From NCBI GenBank assembly GCA_963769425.1, contig CAVYLP010000006.1, positions 448,001-512,000 of the forward strand: 64,000 nucleotides of DNA, read 5' to 3'. This DNA is from Candidatus Bathyarchaeota archaeon (GTDB lineage: Archaea > Thermoproteota > Bathyarchaeia > TCS64). The translations under genes and the position numbers were made by a program. Shown here in pieces: positions 1-10,190 of the stretch (the stretch's first letter is position 1; every line of letters starts with the position of its first letter). Below the pieces are notes generated by a model. That model was not told where the DNA came from, ran no database searches, and saw only the letters and a list, made by a program, of their open reading frames with translations.

Positions 1-1
1 G

Positions 2-325
2 CTCGTCAGGGGCAAGACCCCGGAGAGGGCAGCGGAGGCTCTCTACGACCAGATAGGCGCGGACATCTCGAGCAGCGACGCGATACCCACCGCCATCGGC
101 CTCTTCGCCGCTGGGGGAGGTGACCCGATGGAGACGATCACCCTCACCGCCAACATGGGGGGCGACACCGACACGATCGGCGCCATGGCGGGAGGAATAG
201 CCGGCGCCTACACGGGCATCGACGCCTTCCCCAGACACATCATCGACACGGTCGAGAAAGTCAACCACCTCGACCTCGCCGAGAAATCGGTGCTCCTCAT
301 GGAGTTCGCGAGGCGGTACCTTTGA
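2..325 (+). CDS. ADP-ribosylglycohydrolase family protein (5'-truncated by window edge)
   Basis: Frame open from base 2; C-terminal GGDTDTIGAMAGGIAGA motif typical of DraG/ARH family. Confidence 0.85.
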   Translation, partial: LVRGKTPERAAEALYDQIGADISSSDAIPTAIGLFAAGGGDPMETITLTANMGGDTDTIGAMAGGIAGAYTGIDAFPRHIIDTVEKVNHLDLAEKSVLLMEFARRYL

Positions 326-1276
326 CCATCGACATGGTGGCCGTCGGCGACTCCACAGTCGACATCGTCGTCCCCGTCCCCCGCTTCCTCAGGGGAAACG
401 AGGACAGCCTCCACAGTTCAGGGCTGGAGAGGCACATGGGGGGCTCGAGCAACTACCTCATAGAGGCGAGCCGCCTCGGCCTTCGGGTGGGCGTCGCCGA
501 CGCCATAGGGGACGATGACCTCGGAGCCTTCTACAGGGCGGGCCTTGAGGAGGAGGGCGTCGACACCTCCCAACTCGTCGTCAGGGAAGGGGGTAGGACA
601 ACCGGCTGCCTCGTCCTCCTCACCAAGAGGGGGAGGCACGCCTACGTGGGGCTCGAGGGGGTCAGCGGGACCTACACGCCGGAGGAGCTTGACGAGGGCT
701 ACGTCTCTGAGGCACACTCCCTACTCATGTCCGGCTACCCCCTCGCTGAGGACCCGATATCCTCCGCGGTCGCCAAGGCGATGAGGACCGCGAAGAGGAC
801 GGGCAGACCCATATTCTTCGACCCCAGCCCCGTCGCCGACTCCATCCAACCCAAACTGCTCCGAGAAGCCGTGGCGTCGACACACACCCTCATCCTCAAC
901 GAGAGGGAGATGGGCCTCATCGCGTCCACCCTCAAGGTGAAGGCCAACGCGGACAGCCTCATCGAACTCGGCGCGAAGCGCGTCGTACTGAAGCGTGGGT
1001 GCGAGGGTTGCACGTTCCACGACAGATCTCGGTTTCGCGGATTACCCCGGGTTCAGGGTCCGCGTCGTCGACACTACGGGGGCCGGGGACTCATTCGACG
1101 CCGCCATCGTCTACGGGACCCTCAGGGGCCTGAGCGACGAGGACACGGCCACTCTCGCAAACGCCGCAGGGGCAGTGAAGGTGGGGAAGAAGGGCGCTGG
1201 GAGAAACGTGCCGACGCGGGCTGAACTGGTAGCCTTCCTCGAGGAGAGGGGGCTCCCACTAGCTTCTGAACTTTAG
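322..1276 (+). CDS. PfkB/ribokinase-family carbohydrate kinase, split by a +1 frameshift near 1015-1030
   Basis: N-terminal GGSSNY...RLG motif in 322..1224; C-terminal VVDTTGAGDSF signature in 995..1276. Confidence 0.85.
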
Positions 1277-2371
1277 CCGCTCCTGGATTACGCGCGCGAA
1301 GTCGCTGCGCGTCACTATGCCGACTAGCTTCCCATCCTGGACGACGGGCAAGCGTCCGACACCCGCCTTCGCCAGCTTGATCAGCGCGTCCACCGCCGCG
1401 TCTCCGGGGCCTATGGTGACGAGGTTCTTCATACTCTTCATGACCTGGTCGACGCGTCTCTCGTCCCAGTGCTCTGGTCCGACCTTGCGCACGTCCTCGT
1501 CCGTGACGAGTCCGAGTAGCTCCCCATTCTTGACGACCGGGAAGCCGTGGTGCTTCGTCGGCACCAGAGCGTAGTCCTGTAGCTGCTGGAGGGTGAGGTC
1601 GGGCTCGACCGTCTTCACATCCTTCGTCATTATCTCGCCGACGGTGACGCCTGTGAGGGCCTGCGTGACACGCGTCTCGTTCATGCTCGCCTGGGCGCTG
1701 CTGTTGACGAAGAGACCGATGAAGAGGAGCCAGATGCCGTTGAAGTCGCCGTAGAGGACCGTGTCGAGGAAGCCGAGGCCGATGAAGCCGTAGCTGAAGA
1801 CGCGGGAGACCGTTGTTACGGTGCGTGTCGACTTGAGTATGTCCTTGTTCCTCCCCCAGACTATGCCGCGCAGGACCCTGCCGCCGTCCATGGGGAAGGC
1901 GGGGATGAGGTTGAAGGCGGCGAGGACGAAGTTGATGTACCCGGCGTACTGGAGGACCGCGAGGACAGCGAGGGGCAGGAAGCCCCCGACTAGGTAGATG
2001 CCGTAGAAGACGACCCCGAGAACTATGCTCGTCAGCGGGCCAGCGGCCGCCATACGCAGCTCAGCCTGTGGGGTGTGCGCCTCCTCCGCCGTCTCCGATA
2101 CCCCGCCGAGGAAGTAGAGGGTGATGCTGTTCACCTTGATGTTGAACCTCTGCGCCACGACGCTGTGGGCGACCTCGTGTATGAGGACGGAGATGAAGAG
2201 CATCGCCGCTGAGACGGCACCTACTCCCCAGTAGAAGACGTCGCTCTGCCCTGGGTACCCATATGGGAGGTAACCCGAGGCGAGTGACCACGCGAGCAGC
2301 GCGAAGATCAGGAACCAGCTGTAGTGGAGGCGAATGTCGACGCCGCTGAGGCGGCCCACCTTGAGAGACAA
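1259..2371 (-). CDS. Site-2 protease (M50) with tandem CBS domains
   Basis: HEVAH zinc motif, FNLIPAFPMDGGR motif, TM segments, two C-terminal CBS repeats. Confidence 0.9.
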   Translation of the reverse strand: MSLKVGRLSGVDIRLHYSWFLIFALLAWSLASGYLPYGYPGQSDVFYWGVGAVSAAMLFISVLIHEVAHSVVAQRFNIKVNSITLYFLGGVSETAEEAHTPQAELRMAAAGPLTSIVLGVVFYGIYLVGGFLPLAVLAVLQYAGYINFVLAAFNLIPAFPMDGGRVLRGIVWGRNKDILKSTRTVTTVSRVFSYGFIGLGFLDTVLYGDFNGIWLLFIGLFVNSSAQASMNETRVTQALTGVTVGEIMTKDVKTVEPDLTLQQLQDYALVPTKHHGFPVVKNGELLGLVTDEDVRKVGPEHWDERRVDQVMKSMKNLVTIGPGDAAVDALIKLAKAGVGRLPVVQDGKLVGIVTRSDFARVIQERLKFRS

Positions 2372-2475
2372 CTAGATCACAGGGATTCGGTCGGAACCCG
2401 TTTTTAATAACCTTCTGACCGGGTAAAAGTTTCCTCGGTAGCAAAAACTAAAACACTCTCGGCACGAATAGTCTT

Positions 2476-4135
2476 GTGATGATAACCTGGGTTGGGATCG
2501 CCCTCGCTTCCTGCCTGCTCCTGCTCGCCACGGTAGGCGACTGCTTCTGCCCCGCCCCAGTCGACGATCCATATCGGGGACATCACCCTCACAGGGTCGC
2601 AGGTCTACGAGGTAAGGGGTGGGACACTGCGACAGAAGGGCAATATCTTCGTCGGAGACAACGCCACCCTGAGACTCGTCGACGCCGACCTTGAGTTCCT
2701 GAAGACCAACGTCGAGAACAAGCAATTCAACTTCACCATCTCGGGGCACGGCCACCTGATCCTGCAGAACTCGAGACTCAACCTCACCAACTTCTACTCC
2801 GTATCGGCCTCAGATGAAGCCGAGGTGATCCTCGAAGGCTCCAAGGCGATCATGTACGAACCCTACGGCTCAAACGGGTACCTCATCGTGGGGGGATTCA
2901 CGCTCTTTGGTGACGCATCCATACAGGCCAGCGACTCGAAGATCGGGATGATTGACCTCAGGGACGGGTCATCGGCGAGTGCCACAAACACCCTAGTCGG
3001 GAGGGTGTACGAGAGGGGGAACGGCGGATATCGTCTCGATAACTGCACAGCGGAGTACCTCTTCTTCTGGCTACAGGACTCGACGGGCGTTGTAAAGCTG
3101 CGGGCGAGCGGGTTCGTCGGGCACTGGGACTCGAAGACGGATTCCACGGGGTTCCCATACAACGTGGAGTTGAGCAACACGACACTCCTCAAGGGCTTCT
3201 ATCCCATGTTCAATAACTCGAACGTCACGCTAGTCGATTCCGACCTCTACGGGGTCGGCATCTTCTTCAGCGGACTCGTAATCGATAACAGCACACTCAC
3301 GGAGATAAACATCGACCATGGCACGGCACTGGAGGTCAGGGACTCCACTATAGACTCGATCGATACGTGGAGCAGCGTCGTGCCCAGTCTGGAGATATCA
3401 GGGTCGCGCATCAGGTCGCTTATCTTCCCGACGCAGGCCCCCACCTGCATGATCGATGTAAGTGGGTCAAATATCGGAGACGCGGAACTCGAATACTACA
3501 CCCAAGATGACATGAAGGGAATTGTATGGCTCCGTGACACGAGGTTCGGAAACCTGACCTTTAGTTATGGTCCTTTCGAGGTCCACGCTGTCAACGTCAC
3601 AGTTGCCGATAGGTTCGGGTTCATCAACCAGTACATCCCCTCCGAACTCAAGGTCTCGGGTATCATCGTTTTCGGCCCCGGGTGCACATATGAGAGGGAT
3701 GTGGATAGCCTAGACGCCTGGGTGAGGCGGACGTACGACATCTATGTGACGAGCGGCTCGGAGCCGCTCGCGAGGGCTAGCATCGAGGTGCGCGGGGTTA
3801 ACGCCACGAGCAAGGATATGGAGACCGACGCCAACGGCTACGCCCACTTCGACCTAGTGTTCAGGGACAGATTCGAGCTGGTGAAGTCCCCCCAGCCTGG
3901 CGGGCCATATGCGATGAAGGAGTTCAACATGACGGCTCCCATCACCCTGACAGTCAGCCACGGCGGAGACATCTACGAGGCGGGAGTCGGGCTCCTGACA
4001 ACCACACCCGTTGAGGTGTCATTTCCCGCGTACACGCGCCCCCAGAGGGAGGCGTTAGCCGCATTCTTCTCCGCGGCTCTCATCCTCCTCGCGACTTACG
4101 TTGTCTACTGGCAGAAGTTTGCTCGCAGGTCTTAA
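2476..4135 (+). CDS. Putative secreted, C-terminally anchored beta-rich surface protein; frameshift in G-run at ~2576-2579
   Basis: Signal-peptide-like MMITWVGIALASCLLLLA at 2476; after cggggac the frame GDITLTGSQVYEV... runs stop-free into ORF 2825..4135; many NxT/S sequons; C-terminal TM helix followed by basic tail. Confidence 0.65.
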
Positions 4136-4167
4136 ACGGGTTCGGGGCGATCTTACCCTGATCCAAG

Positions 4168-4533
4168 ATGGCGAAGATCGTTAAGCGAAAGGACGCGCCC
4201 CGGCTCGAAACGGTTGCTGGGCGCCACGGCGAGATACTCATGGCGGGGGAGAAGTGCATGATGATGATCAACACGATCGAACCCGGCCTCCCCACGCCGC
4301 CCCACAGCCACCCCCACGAGCAGATAGGATACCTCCAAGAGGGGGAGGGTGACCTCTACATCGGCGACGAGATGATACACATAAAGGCCCAGTGTAGCTT
4401 CGTCGCTCCCGGCGGCGTCACTCATAACTTCGACGCCACGGGAAGCAAGCCCGCCGTCCTCATAGAGTGCTTCGCGCCCCCAAGGGAGGACTACCTAGAG
4501 CGCGTCGCCAAGGACGGCAAGAAAAAGAAGTAG
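4168..4533 (+). CDS. Cupin domain protein
   Basis: PPHSHPHEQIGY and APGGVTH cupin motifs. Confidence 0.85.
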   Translation: MAKIVKRKDAPRLETVAGRHGEILMAGEKCMMMINTIEPGLPTPPHSHPHEQIGYLQEGEGDLYIGDEMIHIKAQCSFVAPGGVTHNFDATGSKPAVLIECFAPPREDYLERVAKDGKKKK

Positions 4534-4535
4534 GA

Positions 4536-5000
4536 CTACTTCAGGTTATTCAGCATCCTGAAGTCCTCCTTGACTGTATTGAGGACGACGTGCGTGTTCG
4601 TCCTCTCGATGTCCGGCATACTGAGGAGGGCCTTCGGGAACTCGCTGAGCTCCTGCCTGTTCTTGAACTTCGCGACGACTATGCTGTCGATCTCGCCGGT
4701 GATGTCATAGACGGCGCAGACGTAGGGGAGCTTGCTGATGGCCTTCTGGACCTCTATGAGCTTCCCTCGGGCCACGGTGATCTCGATGATGACCGTGAGC
4801 TCGTATCCGAGCCTCTCCCAGTCGACCATGATCGTGTAGTCCTTCACGACCCCCGCGGACTCGAGTCGGCTGATGTGGTTGATCACCGTCGCCGTACTGA
4901 CACCAATCGCCTTCGCCAGTTCCCTCTGGCTTCTCTTAGAGTCCCTCAGCAGCTCGCTGAGGACCTTCCGGTCTATCTCGTCTAGCATGAACATGGGCAT
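4536..5000 (-). CDS. Lrp/AsnC family transcriptional regulator
   Basis: LDEIDRKVLSELLRDSKRS...ELAKAIGVS HTH; YDITGEID RAM domain. Confidence 0.92.
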   Translation of the reverse strand: MPMFMLDEIDRKVLSELLRDSKRSQRELAKAIGVSTATVINHISRLESAGVVKDYTIMVDWERLGYELTVIIEITVARGKLIEVQKAISKLPYVCAVYDITGEIDSIVVAKFKNRQELSEFPKALLSMPDIERTNTHVVLNTVKEDFRMLNNLK

Positions 5001-5149
5001 CTCACCTTATCGCTTTGAGCTGTAAAAGTATACACGTGTATATGAAATTTATGATAAGTTTAATATATGTAGATGGTAGAAGCGGATTTCATTAAAGTTG
5101 TTGGTGATGTCATCTGTCCGATGAAAGGGGGTACGGGACGGCGGCCGCG

Positions 5150-6007
5150 ATGACGGTCGCGATCATCTGGGGGCTGAGCTTCGTGGCGGCGAGCGTCGTG
5201 CTGACGACTCTCCCACCTGTAATACTTGCGGCGGTGAGGTTCCTCATAGCTGCAGCAATCTACGCACCAGTGGTACTCTGGGAGTACAGCAGGGGAAACA
5301 AGCCGACGATAGCGGACCTGAAAGAGCTCGCCGCCCTGGGCTTCCTCAGCATAAGCATCTACTTCTGGCTCCAGTATACGGGCGTCGCGTACGCCGGTGC
5401 CGGAGTCTCGGCTGTCATCGTCACGGGACTCATCCCAGTCCTGACTGGCCTCGCGGGCACGGTCATCCTGAAGGAGAGGTTCAACCTGAAAAAGGGCTTC
5501 GGGATAACCCTGGGCCTCGCTGGGGTTGTCCTGATCGCCCTCCCCAAGCTCCTCGTCAGCAACGTGGACTGGCTATTCTTCGTTGGTGTCCTTTGCCTCC
5601 TCGGCAACGCGGTCTGCTGGAGCCTATACTCCACTCTGAGCCGGAGGCTGATGAAGAGGATCGGGAAGCCCCTGATGGTCACAGCCTACACGACGTTCTT
5701 TGGGATGCTCTTCCTCCTCCCCATGAGCCTCACGGCTGATTGGGGGACTGTCTCCCTCCTCTCGTCGAGCCAGTGGTGGAGCATACTCTACCTCGCTGTC
5801 ATCTGCAGCAGCGGAGGCTACTTCCTCTGGAACTACGCCCTCAGCAAGACTGAGGCGGTGAAGGCGACGACGTGGCTGTACCTCGAGCCTGTGGCGGCCT
5901 TCGTGGGCTCCTTCGCCCTCTTCGGCGTAGTGCCGCTACCTCTTACAATCCTCGGAGGGGCCGCGATCCTTATCGGGGCACTCTTAACAAGTCTATCCAA
6001 ACAATAA
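5150..6007 (+). CDS. EamA/DMT family transporter
   Basis: IWGLSF start, ILKERF, YLEPV motifs, about 10 TM helices. Confidence 0.88.
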   Translation: MTVAIIWGLSFVAASVVLTTLPPVILAAVRFLIAAAIYAPVVLWEYSRGNKPTIADLKELAALGFLSISIYFWLQYTGVAYAGAGVSAVIVTGLIPVLTGLAGTVILKERFNLKKGFGITLGLAGVVLIALPKLLVSNVDWLFFVGVLCLLGNAVCWSLYSTLSRRLMKRIGKPLMVTAYTTFFGMLFLLPMSLTADWGTVSLLSSSQWWSILYLAVICSSGGYFLWNYALSKTEAVKATTWLYLEPVAAFVGSFALFGVVPLPLTILGGAAILIGALLTSLSKQ

Positions 6008-6094
6008 CTAAAAGCGAGTTTCACCTTTTTGCTATACATTTGTATAGGAAAATAGGGATAAGGTATATATTAATCGTCTAGGTAAAGCTATGAT

Positions 6095-7453
6095 ATGCCT
6101 AAGAGCGTTCTTACTCATCCTGACAGTATCGAGCCGATTATGGCTGAAGTGAAGAAGCGCGACATCCGATACATTCGTATAATCGTTGTCGACATGAACG
6201 GCATGCCGAGGGCCCTGATCATCCCCGAGTACGAGCTACCCACCGCCCTCCGCGATGGAATCGGGATCGACGGGTCGAGCCTCGGCCTCGTCCCGATCGA
6301 GCACAGCGACCTCACCGCCCACCCCGACCCGACGACCTTCATGGTCCCGATGTGGGAGACGCCCGGAGTCGCCCTAATGTTCACCTACCTCAGCAGGCCC
6401 AACGGCGCACACTTCGAGGGTGACTCCCGAGGCCGCCTCAGGTCCGCCCTCGACGAGCTCGAGGAGAAAGGCATGGGCCTCAACACGGGCCCCGAGCTCG
6501 AGTACTTCTACGTCCAGCGCCAGAACGGGGGCATCGTCCCCTACGGCGCGGGTGGCTACTACTACCTCCCACCCATGGACCCGACCGAGGACATGAAGCT
6601 GGAGACGATGATGTACCTCGAGGACGCGGGTTTCCAGCTCGAGAAGATCCACCACGAGGTCGGTATGGGGCAACAGGAGATCAACTTCCGATACGCAGAC
6701 GCCCTGAAGACGGCGGACAACACCGTCCTCTACAAGCTCGTCGTAAAGACGGTCGCCGAGAAGCACGGATACCCAGCGACCTTCATGCCCAAGCCCTTCT
6801 GGGGGATGAACGGCTCCGGCTGCCACTTCCACCTCAGCCTCACCGACCTAAAAACGGGCAGGAACCTATTCGGTGACAGGGACAGCGACAACGGCCTCAG
6901 TAAGCTCGCCTACGGCTATATAGCTGGCGTGCTAAGCCACGCGAAGGCGATGAGCATGGTCGTGGCCCCGCTTGTCAACAGCTACAAGAGGCTAGTACCA
7001 CACTACGAGGCCCCAGTCTACATCGCGTGGGGACTCGGCAACAGGTCAGCGATAGTCCGTGTACCGCAGTACCCGGGCGACAAGGCCAAAGTCACGCGCA
7101 TCGAGTACAGACACCCCGACCCCAGCTGCAACCCCTACCTCGCAACAACAGCGATGCTCATGTCCGGCCTCGACGGCATAAAGCGGAAGGCGGACCCGCC
7201 GGGAATATTCGACGATAACGTCTACCACGCTAAGAACCTGGAGATGCTACCGGAGCACCTTGGGGACGCCGTCGACATCTTCGAGAAGGACAAGGTCCTA
7301 ACCGATGCCCTCGGCGACTACATAAGCGGGACCCTCGTCAAGGCGAAGAGAGCCGAGTTCGAGGCCTACCTTAAGTACGTGGGTACGGACTGGGCTTCGA
7401 GCCGCCCACGCATCACCCCATGGGAGATAGACAGGTACCTGGTCACCTGCTAA
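6095..7453 (+). CDS. glnA: Glutamine synthetase (type I)
   Basis: DGSS, GPELEY, HHEV..GQQEI, ATFMPKP, NGSGCH, NSYKRL, NRSA, RIEYRHPDPSCNPYL motifs. Confidence 0.9.
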   Translation: MPKSVLTHPDSIEPIMAEVKKRDIRYIRIIVVDMNGMPRALIIPEYELPTALRDGIGIDGSSLGLVPIEHSDLTAHPDPTTFMVPMWETPGVALMFTYLSRPNGAHFEGDSRGRLRSALDELEEKGMGLNTGPELEYFYVQRQNGGIVPYGAGGYYYLPPMDPTEDMKLETMMYLEDAGFQLEKIHHEVGMGQQEINFRYADALKTADNTVLYKLVVKTVAEKHGYPATFMPKPFWGMNGSGCHFHLSLTDLKTGRNLFGDRDSDNGLSKLAYGYIAGVLSHAKAMSMVVAPLVNSYKRLVPHYEAPVYIAWGLGNRSAIVRVPQYPGDKAKVTRIEYRHPDPSCNPYLATTAMLMSGLDGIKRKADPPGIFDDNVYHAKNLEMLPEHLGDAVDIFEKDKVLTDALGDYISGTLVKAKRAEFEAYLKYVGTDWASSRPRITPWEIDRYLVTC

Positions 7454-7868
7454 ACCTGCGGGGGCACCCCATCTCCTCGATCTTCGAGGGTAGGTCCTCA
7501 AGTTCCTCAACCATTCTACCGTACCACCTGTCGAGCATATCTCTTATCGATGCCCTGAGCTTCACGGGAGGCACGGCCATGTAGACATACTTGTACCCAC
7601 CGACCCCGATTAGCTCCTCGTTTCTGGTTGCCAGCCCCTTCTCCACAAGCGACTGTAGCAGTCTCTGTGTTGTGGGGCGGCTCTTATCCAGCCTGTCTGC
7701 TACCTCCTGCACAGTCGTCTTCCCAAGCCCGGAGAGGGCGCAGTACGCCTCGACCTCCGAGGTCTTCACACCGAGGGCACACCTCATCAGGTCGTCCGCC
7801 CCGAGGCTGGGCGCGTTTATCAGGCTCTGTAGCTCCCTGAGAGACACATGTTCAATGATGTTGAACAC
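7443..7868 (-). CDS. TrmB-like HTH transcriptional regulator
   Basis: TVQEVADRLDKSRPTTQRLLQSLVEKGL HTH and GGYKYVY wing. Confidence 0.75.
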   Translation of the reverse strand: MFNIIEHVSLRELQSLINAPSLGADDLMRCALGVKTSEVEAYCALSGLGKTTVQEVADRLDKSRPTTQRLLQSLVEKGLATRNEELIGVGGYKYVYMAVPPVKLRASIRDMLDRWYGRMVEELEDLPSKIEEMGCPRRFSR

Positions 7869-7917
7869 CTTAAAATATCTTTATATCCGGCGCAAACCAA
7901 CAAGAAGACGAAGAAGA

Positions 7918-8244
7918 ATGGCGGAACATAAAACCGTCGAGGTAACCGACGACTCCTTCGAGGAGTTCGTCGCCAAGAACAAGATCGCGGTCATAGACTG
8001 CTGGGCAGCTTGGTGCGGCCCCTGCACCATGCTCAGCCCTGTTGTAGAGCAGCTCGCTGGCGAGTACACGAACATCACCTTCGGGAAGCTCAACGTCGAT
8101 GAGAACAGGAAGGTCCCGATGAAATTCGGCATCATGAGTATCCCCACCCTACTCTACTTCAAGGACGGGAAACTCGCCGATAAGACACTCGGGGCACTCC
8201 CAAAGAAGATGCTTGAGGGCAGGCTCCAGCGGCTCACCGAATAG
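7918..8244 (+). CDS. trxA: Thioredoxin
   Basis: WCGPC active site and SIPTL; start reassigned to ATG 7918 (MAEHKTVEV). Confidence 0.92.
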   Translation: MAEHKTVEVTDDSFEEFVAKNKIAVIDCWAAWCGPCTMLSPVVEQLAGEYTNITFGKLNVDENRKVPMKFGIMSIPTLLYFKDGKLADKTLGALPKKMLEGRLQRLTE

Positions 8245-8595
8245 GCTCATATCTCGGCATTGAGGATATTTAAGAACCGCAATAATTCAAGCGATTTTAT
8301 CAACTTTATAAAGACGTGGTTGAGACCACCGTCTTAGGCACTTTCTCTATGTGCTCATCCTGCTCAGCGACACGACGCTGAACCTAAAGTATCTTCTCCT
8401 TTAGCATCTTCAATAGCTTAAAACCCCAAACTTTGGAAGCTTTAGGTTGGTAACACAAGTCTGAACGGGAGGAAGACCAGCTTTTGATAACTGATTTTTT
8501 TCAAATATCATATGCTACAATGACAAAAGGAGCCTAAAAACTGTTTCTTTTCCACACACATTAAACACTTAATCGTATGGATTTTTTAATAAAAG

Positions 8596-8850
8596 TTAGG
8601 CCACGGGGCCGAGGGCGGCGAGAATCTCCTCGGTGGAGATTATGCCCCTAAATGGCTTCCCACCGATGATCAATGCGGGGACCGTCATGAGCCCTTGCTT
8701 CCTCGCCAACCCGATGTGGTCGGGAAGCGTGTAAACCACTACCCTCGTACTGGGGCGGAGTTTCATCACATGTGCCAAGTTCTCCGCCACTTGCTTACAC
8801 TTGCCACAGAGGGGTATGCGGAAGAAGACTACGTCGGCCTCGACTGACAT
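8596..8850 (-). CDS. Small thioredoxin/glutaredoxin-like protein
   Basis: CGKC motif and TVPALIIGG cis-Pro loop, 84 aa. Confidence 0.7.
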   Translation of the reverse strand: MSVEADVVFFRIPLCGKCKQVAENLAHVMKLRPSTRVVVYTLPDHIGLARKQGLMTVPALIIGGKPFRGIISTEEILAALGPVA

Positions 8851-8930
8851 GTATCCTACTCCATCGCCTGCGAATAAATAAGCTCCTCATGAGCGCCTGA
8901 AAGTGTTTTATACGATCCCATCCCAAGCCA

Positions 8931-10151
8931 GTGGATAAGTCGGGGAATCTGATGCTTGAGCTAGTCGGCCTACTCTTAGCCTTCGTCGTCATCTTCGCGC
9001 TAAGGTTCAGGAACTTCGACTTCGCTGGGAGCATCCTCATCGCTGCGGGCATCATAGGGGTGACCTCGGGGAAGCCGCTCACCATCTTCGTCGGCGTCCT
9101 CTACGAGACGCTGGCGGACAAGACGACGTGGGAGCTATGTGCCGCGGTTGGGGTCATCACGATCTTCGGTTACACCCTTAAAGAGACGGGGCACATGACG
9201 GACCTCATCGAGAAGCTACGCAGCTTCCTCCCCAGCAGGGTTCTGCTTGCCCTCATACCCGCCCTCTTCGGGATACTCACCATGCCCGGCGGCGCTCTCA
9301 TGTCCGTTCCCTTCAACGAACCGGAGGCAGACAGGCTCAAGCTCAAGCCCGAGTACAGGACCTACATCAATATCTGGTTCAGGCATGTCTGGTACTGGGC
9401 CTCCCCCATCAGCACAACAACGCTGCTCGCCTGCAGCATAGCGGGCATCGCCCTCCTTGACTTCATTAAGCTCAATCTCCCAATCTTTGTCCTGACCTGG
9501 ATCATCGGCTTCGCTGTGACGTGGGCGTGGATAAAGGGCGAAAAGATCGCTGACGGCGGGGTGAGGGACTACAGGGGTAGCCTCGTCGGCCTCTCCCCAA
9601 TACTCGTCACTGTCGCCCTCACCCTAGTCGGCGCCCCCATCTGGGTCGCGGTCCTCGTCGGGATACTCATGGTCGTGCTGATGAGGAGGGTAAATCCGAG
9701 GAGGGCCGTCGACTTCGTCGTGAAGGGGGTGAAGCTCGACATAGTCGCCGCAGTCTTCGCGACGCTGTTCTTCAGGTACATGGTTGTTGACTCGGGGAGT
9801 GTGAACATCCTCCTCGGGGACATACTCGGGCTGGGTGTGCCCCTGTTGGCGCTCTTCATAGTCGTCCCCCTCCTCGTCGGCGCGATCTCGGCGCAGCCCA
9901 CCCTCGGCATCGGTATTGTGTTCCCAATCCTCATGCCACTCGTCGCCCCAATCAACGCCTACTGGATGACCATCATGTTCGCGGGGATAGTCGCGGGTTA
10001 CACGGGCTCCCCCCTACACCTCTGCCTCATACTCACCAACCAGTACTGCAAGTCCGACCTCAACAAAGTCTACAGGTACCTGATACCGTCGCTGCTGCTG
10101 CTACTCGGCGTCGTAATCGTCTACCACGTCGCGCTGGGTGGCCTGTGGTAA
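8931..10151 (+). CDS. DUF401-like polytopic membrane protein
   Basis: MPGGALMSVP, NIWFRH, SPLHLCLILT motifs; many TM helices. Confidence 0.75.
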   Translation: MDKSGNLMLELVGLLLAFVVIFALRFRNFDFAGSILIAAGIIGVTSGKPLTIFVGVLYETLADKTTWELCAAVGVITIFGYTLKETGHMTDLIEKLRSFLPSRVLLALIPALFGILTMPGGALMSVPFNEPEADRLKLKPEYRTYINIWFRHVWYWASPISTTTLLACSIAGIALLDFIKLNLPIFVLTWIIGFAVTWAWIKGEKIADGGVRDYRGSLVGLSPILVTVALTLVGAPIWVAVLVGILMVVLMRRVNPRRAVDFVVKGVKLDIVAAVFATLFFRYMVVDSGSVNILLGDILGLGVPLLALFIVVPLLVGAISAQPTLGIGIVFPILMPLVAPINAYWMTIMFAGIVAGYTGSPLHLCLILTNQYCKSDLNKVYRYLIPSLLLLLGVVIVYHVALGGLW

Positions 10152-10190
10152 CGCCTTTAACCACCTCCGCCTGATTCTTAACCGGTCAGT

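Noticed and set aside
8250-8595. AT-rich gap as gene remnant or mobile element
   Set aside because: Only short stop-interrupted frames with no recognisable motif or terminal repeats
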